Below, piece after piece: positions 1 through 12,487 of a DNA stretch of 64,000 nt. Within the stretch, counting starts at the first letter, position 1. The number at the start of each line of letters is the position of its first letter. The notes beneath the pieces were generated by a model. The model was not told the DNA's origin. It ran no database searches and saw only the letters and a program-made list of their open reading frames with translations. The DNA lies in assembly GCA_951406725.2 (NCBI GenBank), contig OX597820.1, forward strand, positions 33,852,001 to 33,916,000. The letters run 5' to 3'. This stretch comes from Octopus vulgaris. Taxonomy: Eukaryota. The translations under genes and the position numbers were made by a program.

Positions 1-465
1 TATACTGGGATGGTTAGGGGCCTGTCCAATAGAAACAAGTTAAAAAAAAAAAAAAAAAAAAAAAAAATTACTATAAACACACAACCCACAAAATTTGTTG
101 GTTTCCTATATTGTATTTCCATGCTTGTATAAGTCAAACTTTATTGAGGTGAATATGACCAGACATTTTCACGGAATATTAGAAATTAATAACACTGCTT
201 GTATATGACTTACATTTACAACTATGAGATGGCGTCAAATCAAGGAGACAAACATTCTCACACACACACACACTTTCAGTGTACCAAATCCACTTACAAG
301 GCCTTTGTCAGTTTGGGGCTATCATAGAAAACCCATGCAGTGGTACTGAACCCGAAACTATATGGTTGGGAAGCAAACTTAACCACACAGCCACATCTGC
401 ACTTATGTGGCTGTGTGCTTATAAAGGGTATAACTGTCAATGAAATACATATATAAATAACCTAC

Positions 466-582
466 CCATGACACTTCACAGCCCAAAGTTTTTGCAGCAA
501 GGAAGAAAGCGGCAGCAGCAATGATGCTAGGTTTATACTGGAGATAAGGGTCAGCATCCAGCAAGGTTAACTCAAGAAGAAA
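466..582 (-). CDS. CCNA: Cyclin A coding exon 7 ([25 protein letters not shown]...VSW)
   Basis: TTTCCAG acceptor, TGG|GTAGGT donor, 117 nt; second cyclin fold motif [22 protein letters not shown]. Confidence 0.93.
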
Positions 583-3500
583 CTGGAAAGTAGGAGGGGG
601 CAAAATAAAAAATTTAATTGAACAGAAAACAATATATTTATTACATTAAAATTTTCATCTTAAGGTACTATTTTTCTTTTGAAAATTAGTATATAATTTG
701 TAATAAGCACCAACAAATTTGATAAAAGTTAAAATTATAATTATTGTATGTATACTATTTTTCTTTACAATTCCCTAAGTGGCAAAAGTATACTTCCAAA
801 ATTACCTATCATACAAGTAGTTACTATATTTTCCAGTATACAAGTCAAATGTTTCAGACCAAAATTTACAGCCAGAAAAGGTAGATTGACTTATATTTGA
901 AGACAACTTCGGAAGATTAAAAAATTCAATGTGAAATGCAAGATTTGGAAAGATAGTGACGATGTTTTCACCATATAAGACATCAACTTGTATGATGGAA
1001 AATGCAGTAAATAAAGAGCTGATAGAATCAAAGATATCTGAATAAGGAAATCTAAAAGGAAAACTTCACAGGCAAAAATGTAGAGGAAAAAAAAAAAGCT
1101 GATGGAAAGGTATTAATGTATCACTTAAAAAGTTATTTAACCAACTTACTCTAGCCAAATATTGAAACTGTTTCTTGTCTAGTGTAGCTTCATGAAAATA
1201 GTGGTCCAAGAATGTTGTGGCAGTAGGAACAGCAACAGTGAATGACAAAACCTTCAAAATCAGTTGCTCCATTTTCAAAACCTGTTGAGGAAACAAATAT
1301 AGATTCATAAATTGTTACTTTAGAGGCCATCCTAAATCTTTGAGACTGTAGCACTTGAAATACATTACTAATCTATTTTAGTGATATGTTTTAATTTAGA
1401 TCACTTTAAAACAGGGAGGTTGTATTGTAGAAGTGATCCCAGCAGGCATGGTATCAAAAGGATTAAGTGACAATCCCTCTTCATTATCACTCATCCTTTA
1501 CTCACTACCACTACACTCACCTAGCACTCTTCACTGTTCACGTTTTTGCAGAACCTCTTTACCAACAATAAAGTTAAGGAAACTTTCACTATTTTTATTT
1601 TTCTCTTCCATTAGAGCCGTCTATCCCTTTTTCACTTTCATCAATTGTCATGCAAGGAAAATGAGACCCCTTGGTACTGATGAATGAATGGAGGCAACAT
1701 ATGGCAGAGAGGGACCATATGCCGATGCCATAAAATAGTGGTGATGAGCTGTCTGAGTGTTCCCTCAAAATACAAGGTGAGTAGGAGTATAGGTAGGTAA
1801 AGGTTGTGTGTGTGAGAGAGGGAGAGAGATTAAATATAATGAAGAACAAGTGTAGAGGGATATGTAGGTGACAATTGTAGGAAATGGATTGGGTTGAGGG
1901 GGTAGTTGTAGTGAATGGAGGATAAGGAGTAGGGTTATCAATGATGCACAAGTCAAGGGGAAGTAGGGGAGAGTAGGAGAGGATTGACAGTGCAGAAAAG
2001 TTGGCATAAAATATATTGCAAAGATTAATAAATACAAATTAATGTGAACTTTGAGTTGGTAAGTTGGTACAAGGCCCACTTACACACATATACCCAATAA
2101 TGTCGAATTGAGGGGGAAAAAAAAAAACTACATATTACATGAATTTTCTCACCAAAGCATTCCAATAAAACATTCAGTTTGATAAACTGTAAAGAATTTC
2201 TACCCAAAAAATTTTTAAGCACTTAATGGAAGGTGGGTATGAAAACCTCAGTTGGCGCGTCTTCAATACTAGTTACAACATTTGTCAAAACACACCGTCT
2301 TTCAAATTAAGTTTGAAAATGAAGAATTTAGTGAATTTGTCACCATTAAAATAGCATGAAATTTTGTTAGGTTTTAATTTAGACCTCTTTAAAACGAAGG
2401 CTGATCCCAGATGGGTTCATATCAGAAGGTAACTTTAGTCACAGATCAACATCATCATCATCATTTAACATCCGTTTTCCGCGCTAGCACGGGTCGGACG
2501 CTTCGACCAGGGTCTGGGAAGCCAGGGGCTGCACCAGGCTCCAGTCCGATCTAGCAGAGTATCTACAGCTGGATGCCCTTCCTAACGCCAACCACTCCGC
2601 GAGTGTAGTGGGTGCTTTTTATATGCCATCAGCAAAGGTGCCAGAGGGGTCCGGTATCGGCCACGATCGGTTGGTGCTTTTTATGTGCCACCGGCATGGA
2701 AGCCAGCCAAGGCGGCGCTGGCATTGGCCATGTTCGGATGGTGCTTTTTATGTGCCACCGGCACGGGTATCACAACTACTATGTCCATTGATATTTATTT
2801 CGATGTTCATGTACTTGACTCAACAAGTCTCAAGCACAGCGGGATGTTCTGGAATCCGAGGTACTTTGAATGGGCAGGGGCTATGTGGGACTGGTGCAGG
2901 AAGCAGCCCGGGTCTTTGCAGTCACAGCATATCTCCAGAGATCTCGGTCCTTCATTCAGTTAATTAAAAAACCCTCAAAGCAGCAAACTGACAATCATTA
3001 ACATGTTGGATAAAATGCTCACAGGCATTTTTCCTCCTTTTTACATTGTGCTGAAATCCTGTTGAGGTAAACTTTAGCATTCATTTTTTGCAAGGTCAAT
3101 AAAGAACCAGTCACAGCATCATTCAGATGTTACTAATACTATAATAGTAATAAAATAGAAAAGAATGAGAGGAATTTAAGGAATTTCCAGTTCAAATATT
3201 ACTGAGTCAATTCTGAAGATGTAGAGTTTAAACAGAATCCAGTGAGTTAACCATAAAAACCAAGTACAAATGCTATAATCTTTCAGAAGGTAGAGATTAA
3301 ATAGCTTCAACAAAATATACAGCTTAAAAAAAAAGAAAAAAAAGCTATGCAGTATTTACTTAATGAATTTTTCAGCAGCAAATATTTGCAAAATCTAGCT
3401 CTTACCTGATTACGAGAGTAAGTGTCATCAGTGATATAAACAAATTCTCCAAGATCCGGTGCCTCAATTTCTTCAAATTTCCTAAATGTGAATCCAAAAT

Positions 3501-6500
3501 AGTTCTGCATCACTGACAAAATTTATGGACTTTGTCCATCCAATAAGATGGTTATTAGCTAAGACATGAACATTTAAAACATAGAAGAAAGGAAATAAAA
3601 CTTCATGTGTTTCCATAAAGAATTAATGAGTGTAGCAATAGGTAACCATCCAAGTATTTCATTTGTCAATTTACAGCAAAAAAATTAAGTCAGTTTGCAC
3701 ATACACACAAAAACCTTAAATTTAATAAAATAACTGGCTGATGTTTTGAAAAAAAAATTTCATGTTAATTTACATTCCAAACAACTTAATGACAAATTTA
3801 TTTTACAAAATTTTTCATTTTCAAAATTAACTGAACCAAAAGCAATGTTTGTCTACAAAAATATGGCTATAAAAGAGTTAAAACAGGAAGTTTGTACTAT
3901 AGTACCAAGGTTGGTCTTGAGTGGGTTGCTTTTAAAAGGGTTGAAATATTTCCCTATGAGGAGGCAACTTGTATATAATTGCTCAAGTTACTAAAAATTC
4001 TAACTAAACCTCACTCAAATCACAACCTATTGTATCATGTATCACAAATAAGAGACTTGATAATGTAGTGCAAGATATAGACAAGATTGTTATGACTGGA
4101 ATGTCCTTGACCACAAGTCTGCATCTAGGGTCAAAGGGAATGATTTTTACATTTAATGCCCACTTTTCCATGCCTGTAAGGGTCAGACGGAATTTGTTGA
4201 AACAGATTTTCTACAGCCAGATGCCCTTGTCGCCAACCATCTCCTGACTCCAAGTAATATTGCTTCATAGCCAGACATGATTTCCATGGAAAACTTGAAA
4301 ATCATTGCTTGTATGATTGAAGCTTGTTTACAGCCATTACACAAGACAAGGGTACATACACACAGGGCTTCTTTCAGTTTCTGTCTACCAACTCCACTAG
4401 TCCAAAGTGCTGTACAAGAGGATAGTACCAGAGACCACATGTTCAGGAAGCAAGCACACAACCAAACCTACACCTATAACTAGACAATTCAGATTACTGA
4501 GATCTTATGAAAAATTCTAAGGAAGATGGAAAAAGTGTCACTGTCATGAAGATATTTAACCCCCTCGTTACCAACCTGGCTGAAACCAGCTCTGGCATCG
4601 AGTACAAATGTCTTGTTTCCATAAGTTTTGAATTAAAATCTTCCACCAAACCTTAGTCACAATTTGTTTCTAACACTAGCTTAATGATAACTAAATTATT
4701 TTACTAAATTCTTTGTTATAAAGTAATTGAAAGAAACACAGAGCATCTCAAAATACAGTAACGAAAGGGTTAAATGTTAAGCTGTTCTTGAATAGAAATG
4801 GTAGAACTTACGATGCAATGAACATACATGCGGTCCCCAACAACTGCAGTTTTCCTCGATTGACAGCCATCACAGAGAGAAATCGGTCAATATAATTCAC
4901 AGCCAGAAATAATGTGTCAGAGAGCAATTTGTATTCTTCAGTCACTTCAACCAACCAGTCCACAAGAATGCTACGCATACTGTGAGTAATATCTGTCTGT
5001 TTGTTCATATATGTTGGTCTGGGACGGTTTTTCTCCTGTAAAGATAATATCACATTGAAAGAATAAGCAATTTTTACAACTGACCTGAGAAAGCTAACAA
5101 GTTTAACATTTTAAGATTTTACTATTCAGTCATGTCCTGTGAAAATCACACTTCCATGTAACCCTTTTGATACCAACTCATCCAAGATTGTCTCTAGTTC
5201 TATGATACAAACTTGTTTCAAAGTGTTCTAAATTAAAACCAATCAAAATTTTGGGTATGTTTCAAACATCAGCTTAATACTTAATCCTTTCTTACTTTGG
5301 CATAAGGTCAATAATCTTGATGGGTGGAGAAGTGTGAAGTTGACCTTGGCAGCTTCTGAACTCAGAACAAAGATGGACAAAATACCATTAAACATTTTAT
5401 CTAATGCTCTCTCAATTCTGCTAGTTTGTCACTTTAGTTATTTTATTACATTCATTTTCAAAATTAATTGAAACAGTATCTCAACAGAAATATAACAGCA
5501 AAAAGGGTTAATGTTACTGTCTTTTACAGATGCCAGTTCCTACTCCACCAACTTGAACACTAGGCACTAATAAATTACCTCTTAACAACACAATCACTTC
5601 TGGATAAACTACATTTGGAATGGGAAATGGTTGACAAAATTCTAACCACCAACTTATATATCACGACATACTACTGAAAGAGAGATGAACCTTAATCTTA
5701 AATCAGCTCTAGTTGTTTATATTCCTCAATTCTTTCAGCATATGTTTATCACTCTTCCTAAGCACCATAACCAACAAGTCGCATCGCTTTCATCCCTATC
5801 CTGTCTACCGAATCATTACTATTCTGCAGTTCTTCACCACCTTATCACCAGTTATTCCCCCACCACATATCCATCCCTCAATCCTATCCAACTTTTACAG
5901 TTGTCACCTACTTTTCCCCATCTTGCCTACTTATCCCTCAAAGCTTGTTCATTATATTCACTCTTCACAACATTCTTGCAACCTCTATTCACCCACATTC
6001 TGTTCTGTTGCTGCTCACTTTTACTCACCTCATACCTTGAGGGTTACACCCTGATGTATTACCACTATTTTTTATCGCATTCCAGATCCACCCTAATTAC
6101 TCCCAACCTTTTTTCACATATGTGAGCAGTCATTGTAGTTCTACATTATGAAATTTATTCTGCCTCCTCCTCTCATAATTTAACTCATCTCTTAGGATTC
6201 ATAATCTTGCAAGCTACATGGCAATCTCCCTGGTGCCATGAAAAGCACTAGTACATGCTGTAAAGTGGTTGGGGTTAAGGACATCCAGATGTAGAAACCA
6301 TGCCAAAGTAGACAGTGGAGCTTGATGCAGTCCTTGAACCTATTGTATCCTGTTAAACCATCCAATCCAAGCCAAGCCAGTATGGGGACAAGGCCATTAA
6401 ATGAAATACAGTGATGACTTCACTGAAGATGAAGTGAGATACTCCTGACTACCACCATATATCCCACTTCAAAATTCCACATTCAAATAAAACCACAGGT

Positions 6501-9100
6501 AAAGATAACAATACAATGAATATGAACCAACCTCAGACTCTCGAATGTACTGGAAAATGTCATTTTTATATGTATCATAGGGTGAAAGAGAATGTATAAC
6601 TTCTTTAGTTTCACAGATACTTGATTGATCTAGGCTTGTATCAAGAACCATGGGAGACTCGAAATCTGCAAGAGGAAAAAGAAAAAACAAATGCAAAGTT
6701 AAATTCTTTTTGCTTTATGTGTATTAAGTACATGCGTATGTATACACACAAAAAGTCTTAAAAAAGGTCTAACAAGTTTCATCTAGTTTCCAGCCCAGAA
6801 ACTTATGAAATGCAGAGCTAAGTAGTCATCCTTACAGTGTACCATCATTTAGAATTATAAGCCCCTTCCAGAATTCAATTCTAACTTACCCACTCCATAA
6901 GTTTGCTCGAGACGTTCAAAGGGTTGTTTTGGTAGTGCAGTGACTGCAGCATGCATCTCGAGCTTGCTCTCAACAGCCAAATCCTCCTTAGAGAAGGACA
7001 TATCTTCAGCAGATTCCGAGTTCTCTTCATTGTCCACGTGTATTTTGAAGCCCGACTTGCGAGGTATGTGATCATAGTCGGTAACTTTGTACTTCTGTTG
7101 AAAATCGTTTTCATCTTGTCCAGAAACAGACCCAAGCTAGAAATGTAAAAAGTAATATGTAATATATCAGAGATGAAAAAAAAAATGGCAATATTAAATT
7201 ACCCCCAATTAATCTAACGATGCTATGCACAAAAAAACTTCTGCATCACTAAATTATTGCTGTGAGGGGAGCTTCTGCAAGGTCGCTATACTTGCTAGAA
7301 ATGGATGCCAAAAGTTCCTCAAATTAAACTATCGTCTTAAAAATAGAAGGAATAGCACACGATTAGAATGTCTAGTCCGTGATCTACTGATCGATCAAGG
7401 TTAATCGTCAGCGTAGTTGAAACGTCTACAAACAAATTAGCTTTATTACAGCAGGGTAGAAATGTCAAACCGAACCAACGACCTTGTTTCAATTCCTTGA
7501 GGTTTAAAAACCAGAGGAGACAAAAACTAGTCATCTCAAACCCGCAACTCAACAGCTTAAGCCCATATCGCTAAAAACTTTTCACCCATACCTCGGGAGT
7601 AAGTAGGTGTTTAAATAAACACCAATTACATATATTCGAATAGAACGGATCACAAATATCGCATCCATATACAAAAGAGTCTCAAGGGCCAAGAAGAATA
7701 TTTGGCGCCGGCACAAAAAAAGCCCCCCCCAAAAAAACTATCGCCTAAATTGTAACGCAAAACGATAGGGAACAAAAGTGTAATGCTTTAAGGGAAAAAA
7801 GGGATTCGGAGGAAAGCTGCTTTGTTAATTAGTCCGGGAAGAGGGTGCCTGCAATTTAAACCACGGATACAAAAAACGAAAAAGTTGAATGAAATGAAAA
7901 ATGCAATGGTGGAGGAGTTATCTGTCAAATACGGCGAAGTGGTTGTTTAATGAATAAAAGTAGTTTGTGGTGGTGGTGATGGGGAAGGCACTTGAGAGCT
8001 CTCTTTTTCTTTAGTAACAGCTGTGCGACGGTGAAGAAAGATGTGGCGGCCAACAAGCTCCACCGCCACAGCAGAAAACGAGAAAAAAAAAAAAAACGCT
8101 AAAGTGTTACACATCAGCTGAATACGTTTACCTATTTTATATAAGTTTCAAGGATACACAGGTAAATCGATGTTATATGGAAAAAGAGGAAATTAAATAA
8201 GACGGTTTATAATTCAAAGACATTAATGACGTAAATGAAATCGAAACCGGGCCGCGAATTTTACTTCGCGAGTGGAAACAGAGTTATTCAAATTTCTTCT
8301 TCATGAATTTGATACTCAAGGAGAGTTTTTTTTTCCTCCTTTTTGAAAGCATTTTCTTCCCTAAAGTTTGTATGCGTTTGGCGGTTTTCATTAGGAAAAT
8401 GTACGTTCTATATTCCTGGCAACCCACATTATATATCACGTTGGTAATGACTATGAATTTTTAATGTATGCATATGAACATTGCAGAAAAGTTCTTTAAT
8501 CTCTACCTTAATATACATACCATTTTAATCTTTTTCAATTTATGTAAGTGCTCACTTGAAACGCTTTACATTTATATTGTGATTAGGCTTAGCACCACAA
8601 TGTTTCGAACAGATGAAAGTACCCCATCACCACTTTTTCACACTTCATCGGCGTAAAAATAAAATTTTAAAAAACCTAGAATACTGCTCCCGACCAAAGA
8701 CCTTTTGAGCATTGCTACCGACATATTTTGGTAAATTTTTAGAACACTATGAAAAAACAAAAGCAAACAATGGTCTCGATTACTAAATTTATAAATCTTA
8801 GGAGCAACGAAAGCAGAGGAGCTGCTACATACAAAAAGTCATACATACCTTTGCATTTCTCAACGGGCGCTTTCGTTGTTGGGTTACCGGTACATTTCTG
8901 TCCAAAAATACCTTCAGATCGCTGCCGACAGAACGGCCGAGTTCACCGAGGACTTCTCGTTTCTTTTGGTTTCGACCGAAACGAGACACTGCATCGTTTT
9001 CAGTTGGGACCCGGTTTTCATCATTGATTAATGCATTCTCCTTAAGTATTCTGGCAGGTTGTGCAAGTAGTCGGTTAGTACCATTGTTTTGAAGCGACAT
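466..9100 (-). CDS. CCNA: Cyclin A, multi-exon CDS, 3'-incomplete. Exons 8849-9100, 6890-7136, 6532-6665, 4812-5035, 3406-3481, 1150-1281, 466-582; last exon outside the window
   Basis: All introns are GT-AG and phases join (0,1,0,2,0,0). The product has the cyclin box [18 protein letters not shown]...YIDRFLS...[19 protein letters not shown]...FVYITDDTY and cyclin A N-terminal motifs (KEN, RxxL D-box, FKIHVD ABBA motif, ESPMVLD). Confidence 0.96.
824..1007. mobile_element. Degenerate MITE with imperfect TIRs and TA flanks (Tc1/mariner-pogo-like)
   Basis: ta|ctatattttccagtatacaagtcaa ... tcaacttgtatgatggaaaatgcag|ta. Confidence 0.45.
1150..1281 (-). CDS. CCNA: Cyclin A coding exon 6 ([20 protein letters not shown]...YLAR)
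   Basis: CAACAG acceptor, AGA|GTAAGT donor, 132 nt, phase 0/0. Confidence 0.95.
2450..2960 (-). mobile_element. RTE-LINE 3' end/UTR with (GAT)n tail
   Basis: (CAT)n followed by ...gctggatgcccttcctaacgccaaccac..., homologous to the UTR attached to the RTE ORF at 12488-13640. Confidence 0.8.
3406..3481 (-). CDS. CCNA: Cyclin A coding exon 5 ([25 protein letters not shown])
   Basis: TTTAG acceptor, CAG|GTAAG donor, 76 nt, phase 2/0. Confidence 0.96.
4560..4769. mobile_element. piggyBac-like MITE with TTAA target duplication
   Basis: TTAA|CCCCCTCGTTAC ... GTAACGAAAGGG|TTAA; related copy at 5162-5507. Confidence 0.8.
4812..5035 (-). CDS. CCNA: Cyclin A coding exon 4 (cyclin box, MRSIL helix)
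   Basis: TACAG acceptor, TC|GTAAGT donor, 224 nt; [29 protein letters not shown]. Confidence 0.97.
5162..5507. mobile_element. Older copy of the same piggyBac-like MITE, interrupted by a SINE fragment (~5285-5435)
   Basis: (g)taa|CCCTTTTGATACC ... AAAAGGG|TTAA; internal similarity to 4560-4769. Confidence 0.6.
6532..6665 (-). CDS. CCNA: Cyclin A coding exon 3 ([11 protein letters not shown]...[10 protein letters not shown])
   Basis: TTGCAG acceptor, GAG|GTTGGT donor, 134 nt, phase 1/0. Confidence 0.93.
6890..7136 (-). CDS. CCNA: Cyclin A coding exon 2 ([11 protein letters not shown]...[10 protein letters not shown]...TYGV)
   Basis: TTTCTAG acceptor, G|GTAAGT donor, 247 nt, open in phase; ABBA motif FKIHVD. 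Confidence 0.9.
8849..9100 (-). CDS. CCNA: Cyclin A coding exon 1 (MSLQNNG...KEN...REVLGELGR...RNAK)
   Basis: ATG at 9100, AAG|GTATGT donor, 84 codons; KEN, DEN and RxxL degron-like motifs. Confidence 0.85.
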
Positions 9101-9779
9101 TGTTGCTGTCTCTTGGTAATTTCTCTGTTCGTGGCTAGTGATATCCAGCTACCCACTGATATAATGTAGATATGTTATATTTATAATGCTTGTAGATTAT
9201 CTTCCTTTCTTTTTGTGTTGGTAATATTAATAGTGTATGTGTATATGAGGGGTTGGATTTTTTAAGCTTGTTATCACTCAGAAATAATACCAATATATCT
9301 TTATAACTTTAAATTAAGCGATGTTTTGGAAACAATAACAAACACAGAAAGTGAAGAAATCGTTAGGAAAGAAAAAGAAAAAGAATAAGCGAACGCCCAC
9401 GATGTAGCTAAATAGAAGGAAGAAAAGAAAGCAAAATAACCAATATTAATAAAATACTTCCTTCCTTTTATACTTTGACGATGATATGAGAATATATATG
9501 CATATATACATGAATAAGCACTTCGTGATTTGGGGACAACTGAAGAAAGAAAAAATAAATAGCAGATACGGTTAAAGGGTAGAAAATTATATTGTTTAGC
9601 CGGACAATGAAACGTTTTAAACTGAGAAAAAAAACAGAAAAGAGAATTTCTGCGTAAATATAATATCTGGTGTTAAATATGTCCGTTGTTTTCGCTGATA
9701 TAATCAGGAATTAAAAAAAAAAGAAATTGAAGTGACAGTGCGACCAAAACCATAAAAAAATAGGAGCAGCTTGCTTTCT

Positions 9780-9900
9780 TCTGTTTAGCGTGGTAAGCCG
9801 TTTGTATGAGTTGTTCACGTTGAATTACCCGCTACACTTGAATTGACCAATAAATAGCGTGTATTCTCATCACGTGCTCTCTCGCTTGTTATTTTGAAAA
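9780..9900. promoter_or_regulatory. Probable cyclin A promoter region
   Basis: Locally CpG-retaining; CCAAT 9847-9851, CACGTG 9871-9876, CHR-type TTTGAA 9893-9898; ~700 bp upstream of the ATG. Confidence 0.45.
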
Positions 9901-9954
9901 ATTCATACAAATCTTCTTAACAGTGGTTCGCTTTTCCCTTCCCTCATGCTACTA

Positions 9955-9990
9955 TTGTGTGTGTGTGTGTATATGTATATATATATGTAT

Positions 9991-10027
<37 letters not shown>

Positions 10028-10256
10028 CACACATTTATGTATACATATATATATAAATATATACGTTTATGTATATATATATAAATATATACGTTTATGT
10101 ATATATATATATATATATATAAATATACGTTTATGTATATATATATAAATATACGTTTATGTATATATATATAAATATATACGTTTATGTATATATATAT
10201 ATATATATATATAAATATACGTTTATGTATATATATATAAATATATACGTTCATGT

Positions 10257-10289
<33 letters not shown>

Positions 10290-10341
10290 CGTTTATGTAT
10301 ACATATATATATATATATATATATATAAATATACGTTTATG

Positions 10342-10395
<54 letters not shown>

Positions 10396-10486
10396 CACGT
10401 TTATGTATATATATATATATATACGTTTAAATATTTGTTGCGCAAGATTTATTGGCTAAACTGGCAATATGACCATTCCGAAATAT

Positions 10487-10532
<46 letters not shown>

Positions 10533-10827
10533 GTTTGTGTATACATACATATATATATATTTATATTTGATAACTGTGCGTGGGTGTATGCGCGTGTATA
10601 CATACATATATACATACACACACATATATATATGTATATATATATACACATACATACATTTGAACATACACACTCGCACACAAATATATAACTTGTTCGT
10701 TTGTTTAAGACATCTTTTTGAATGTCAGTTTCTTTTCTAGTTAATCATTCACAAGGGATTGTGCTATTATGTCATTCTCATACACACACACACATATATA
10801 TATATATAGAGAGAGAGATATGAATGC

Positions 10828-10902
<75 letters not shown>

Positions 10903-10910
10903 CATATATG
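9955..10910. repeat. Compound (TG)/(TA)/(CA) microsatellite with a recurring AAATATACGTTTATGT spacer
   Basis: Directly visible. Confidence 0.9.
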
Positions 10911-11146
10911 AAACGATCGTAGTGTTTTACTCTTTATCTTTTATTAAACTTTTAATACTTTTGATATATATTTAAAATAATATAAATTAATTAATTTTAT
11001 GTATTGGCTTATGTTTTTCATTGTTTGATTTGCCTAATAGTGGTTTTATCTCTAATTTAATATAATATAATATATTTTACTATAAAATTGGATTTAATCC
11101 TAAATCTGATTTTTCCCTGTAAGTTTGGATTTATTCCCTAATATTT

Positions 11147-11199
<53 letters not shown>

Positions 11200-11304
11200 T
11201 ATACACATACATACATATCTATAAATATATCTATAGAGAGAGACACACACATACAGGGTATATAATACAGTTCTATAAAAATTACTAACAATTTGTCATA
11301 AATC

Positions 11305-12025
11305 AGGCATTGCAATGTGGTGAGAAGTTTAATTCTCAACCACATGGTTTTGGGTTCAGTCTCATTGCGTGGCACCTTGGATAAGTGTCTTCTGCTATAG
11401 CCTCAAGCTCACCAAAGCTCTAAGTGGATTTGGTAGATAGGAAATGAAAGTTATTCCATCGTGTGTGTGTGTGAGACAACGAGTGTTGTCGTGTTTACGT
11501 CCCCGTAATTTAGCTGTTCGGCAAAAGATATCTATATTTCTTTATTGCCCACAAGGGGCTAAACACAGAGGGGACAAACAAGGACAGACAAACGGATTAA
11601 GTCGATTACATCGACCCCAGTGCGATTCTGGTACTTTATTTATCGACCCCGAAAGGATGAAAGGCGGAGTCGACCACGGCGGAATTTGAATTCAGAACGT
11701 AACGCAGACGAAATACCTATTTCTTTATTACCCACAAGGGGCTAAACATAGAGGGGACAAACAAGGACCCAGTGCGTAACTGGTACTTAATTTATCGACC
11801 CCGAAAGGATGAAAGGTAAAGTCGACCTCGGCGGAATTTGAACTCACAACGTAACGGCAGACGAAATACCGCTAAACATTTCGCCCGGCGTGCTAACGAT
11901 TCTGCCAGCTCATCAACAAGATAGGAACCCAGCTTAAAATACTGGGGTTGATTCGTTCCACTAAAATTCTCCGATGCGGTGCTCCGGCATGACCGCAGTC
12001 TAATTAGTGAAACACGTAAAAGACA
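11305..12025 (+). mobile_element. tRNA-derived CORE-like SINE (family 1) split by a nested minus-strand SINE
   Basis: Head with B-box-like GGTTCAGTCTC and gcaccttggataagtgtctt; tail gcggtgctccggcatgaccgcagtc...gaaac resumes at ~11915. Confidence 0.75.
11531..11912 (-). mobile_element. tRNA-derived SINE (family 2, Nin/Deu-domain-like) with an internal tandem duplication
   Basis: Reverse complement AGCTGGCAGAATCGTTAGC...GAGTTCAAATTCCGCCGAGGTCGAC...CATCCTTTCGGGGTCGATAAAT; segment 11531-11716 repeated from 11717. Confidence 0.75.
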
Positions 12026-12487
12026 AACGATATAAGATATAGTATACTTACATAGACACATACGTACGCGTACACACACACACCCATACACACGCGCGCG
12101 CACACACACACACGTATATAGATACGTTCACACATGCCTATTTATATACATACATACACATGTTTTGTTTCAATCATTTGATTGTGGCGGCCATGCTGTA
12201 GCACTGATTTGATTGGTTTACTCAAACAAATATATCCGAATACTTATTTTTATCTAAAATCTGATACTAATTACATCGGAGGATCCTTTTACTGAACCGC
12301 TAGGTCACAGGGATGAAAACAAACCAACACTAATTGTCAAGCAATGATGGAGAACATGGACAAGCAAGCAAAAAAAAAAAAAATCCGTCCTCCTCATTCC
12401 CTCACCCCATCCCTTCCCCCCATCCATCTATCCATAGATACATACATGTTCACACATGGATATATACATACATACATATATATATAT

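Noticed and set aside
2608-2967. Recurrent ORFs containing GAFYVPPA / WCFLCAT (also ~12700, 59540, 61420)
   Set aside because: Antisense translations of the RTE 3' UTR repeat module, not a host protein family
5520-6125. Possible Penelope-like relic or 146-aa ORF (similar pyrimidine-rich stretch at 1470-2000)
   Set aside because: No diagnostic motif could be read with confidence
9952-11375. YI/CV/HT-repeat ORFs
   Set aside because: Translations of (AT)n, (GT)n and (CA)n microsatellites
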